Assembly (NCBI GenBank): GCA_027923505.1
Contig: BROI01000003.1
Coordinates: 1,550,001-1,593,779, forward strand
Direction: 5' to 3'
Length of the DNA stretch: 43,779 nucleotides
DNA from: Mayamaea pseudoterrestris
Lineage: Eukaryota
Numbering within the stretch: the stretch's first letter is position 1; each line of letters opens with the position of its first letter. The notes beneath the pieces were generated by a model that was given only the letters and a program-made list of their open reading frames with translations, was not told the origin of the DNA and made no database searches. Shown piece by piece: positions 43,713 through 43,779 of the stretch. Position numbers and translations under genes: made by a program.

Positions 43713-43779
43713 TGAATTATCTGTATGACAGAATACTCTGGAAATTGAGAATTGTGACTACTATGATTGAATTAAGTTC
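43713..43779 (-). repeat. 3' end of the 5' LTR (partial)
   Basis: Matches 38930-38993 except one local patch (AGGTGAA versus GGAAATTGAG). Confidence 0.9.

Larger units (their letters stand above)
38930..43779 (-). mobile_element. Ty3/gypsy LTR retrotransposon; 5' LTR truncated by the window end
   Basis: Direct repeat TGAATTATCTGTATGACAGAATACTCT at 38930 and 43713; domain order gag-PR-RT-RH-IN. Confidence 0.95.

Overview
Eukaryotic nuclear DNA, almost certainly from a diatom: compact genes, short GT-AG introns, ASAF-type bipartite plastid presequences and a diatom-type phosphoribulokinase. Three zones. (1) 1-26.1 kb is gene-dense: EMC1-like (partial), dUTPase, m5U RNA methyltransferase, glutaminyl cyclase, a PDZ/SYLF/PH/VASt-like multidomain protein, a plastid Rossmann-fold protein, NAA60, a tandem-BRCT protein, a membrane protein, PRK with a 7x42-bp upstream array, a signal-peptide UBX protein, an Asp/Asn beta-hydroxylase-like protein, DUF1917 and an LRRC57-like protein. 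(2) About 26.5-36.1 kb is a gene-free repeat island bracketed by ~270-bp inverted repeats. It holds ~25 copies of a palindrome-rich 169-bp satellite, ~3 copies of a 181-bp satellite, a 13-bp minisatellite, a decayed Ty1/copia RT and a nested insertion containing a 960-bp hAT-like MITE with a perfect 8-bp TSD. (3) 36.3-43.8 kb holds SYS1, an ankyrin protein and a minus-strand Ty3/gypsy element that runs off the window end. The most unusual observation is that both satellites appear to derive from different parts of one foldback/MITE-like sequence that also forms the ends of the island. All family calls come from motif recognition by eye; no searches were run.
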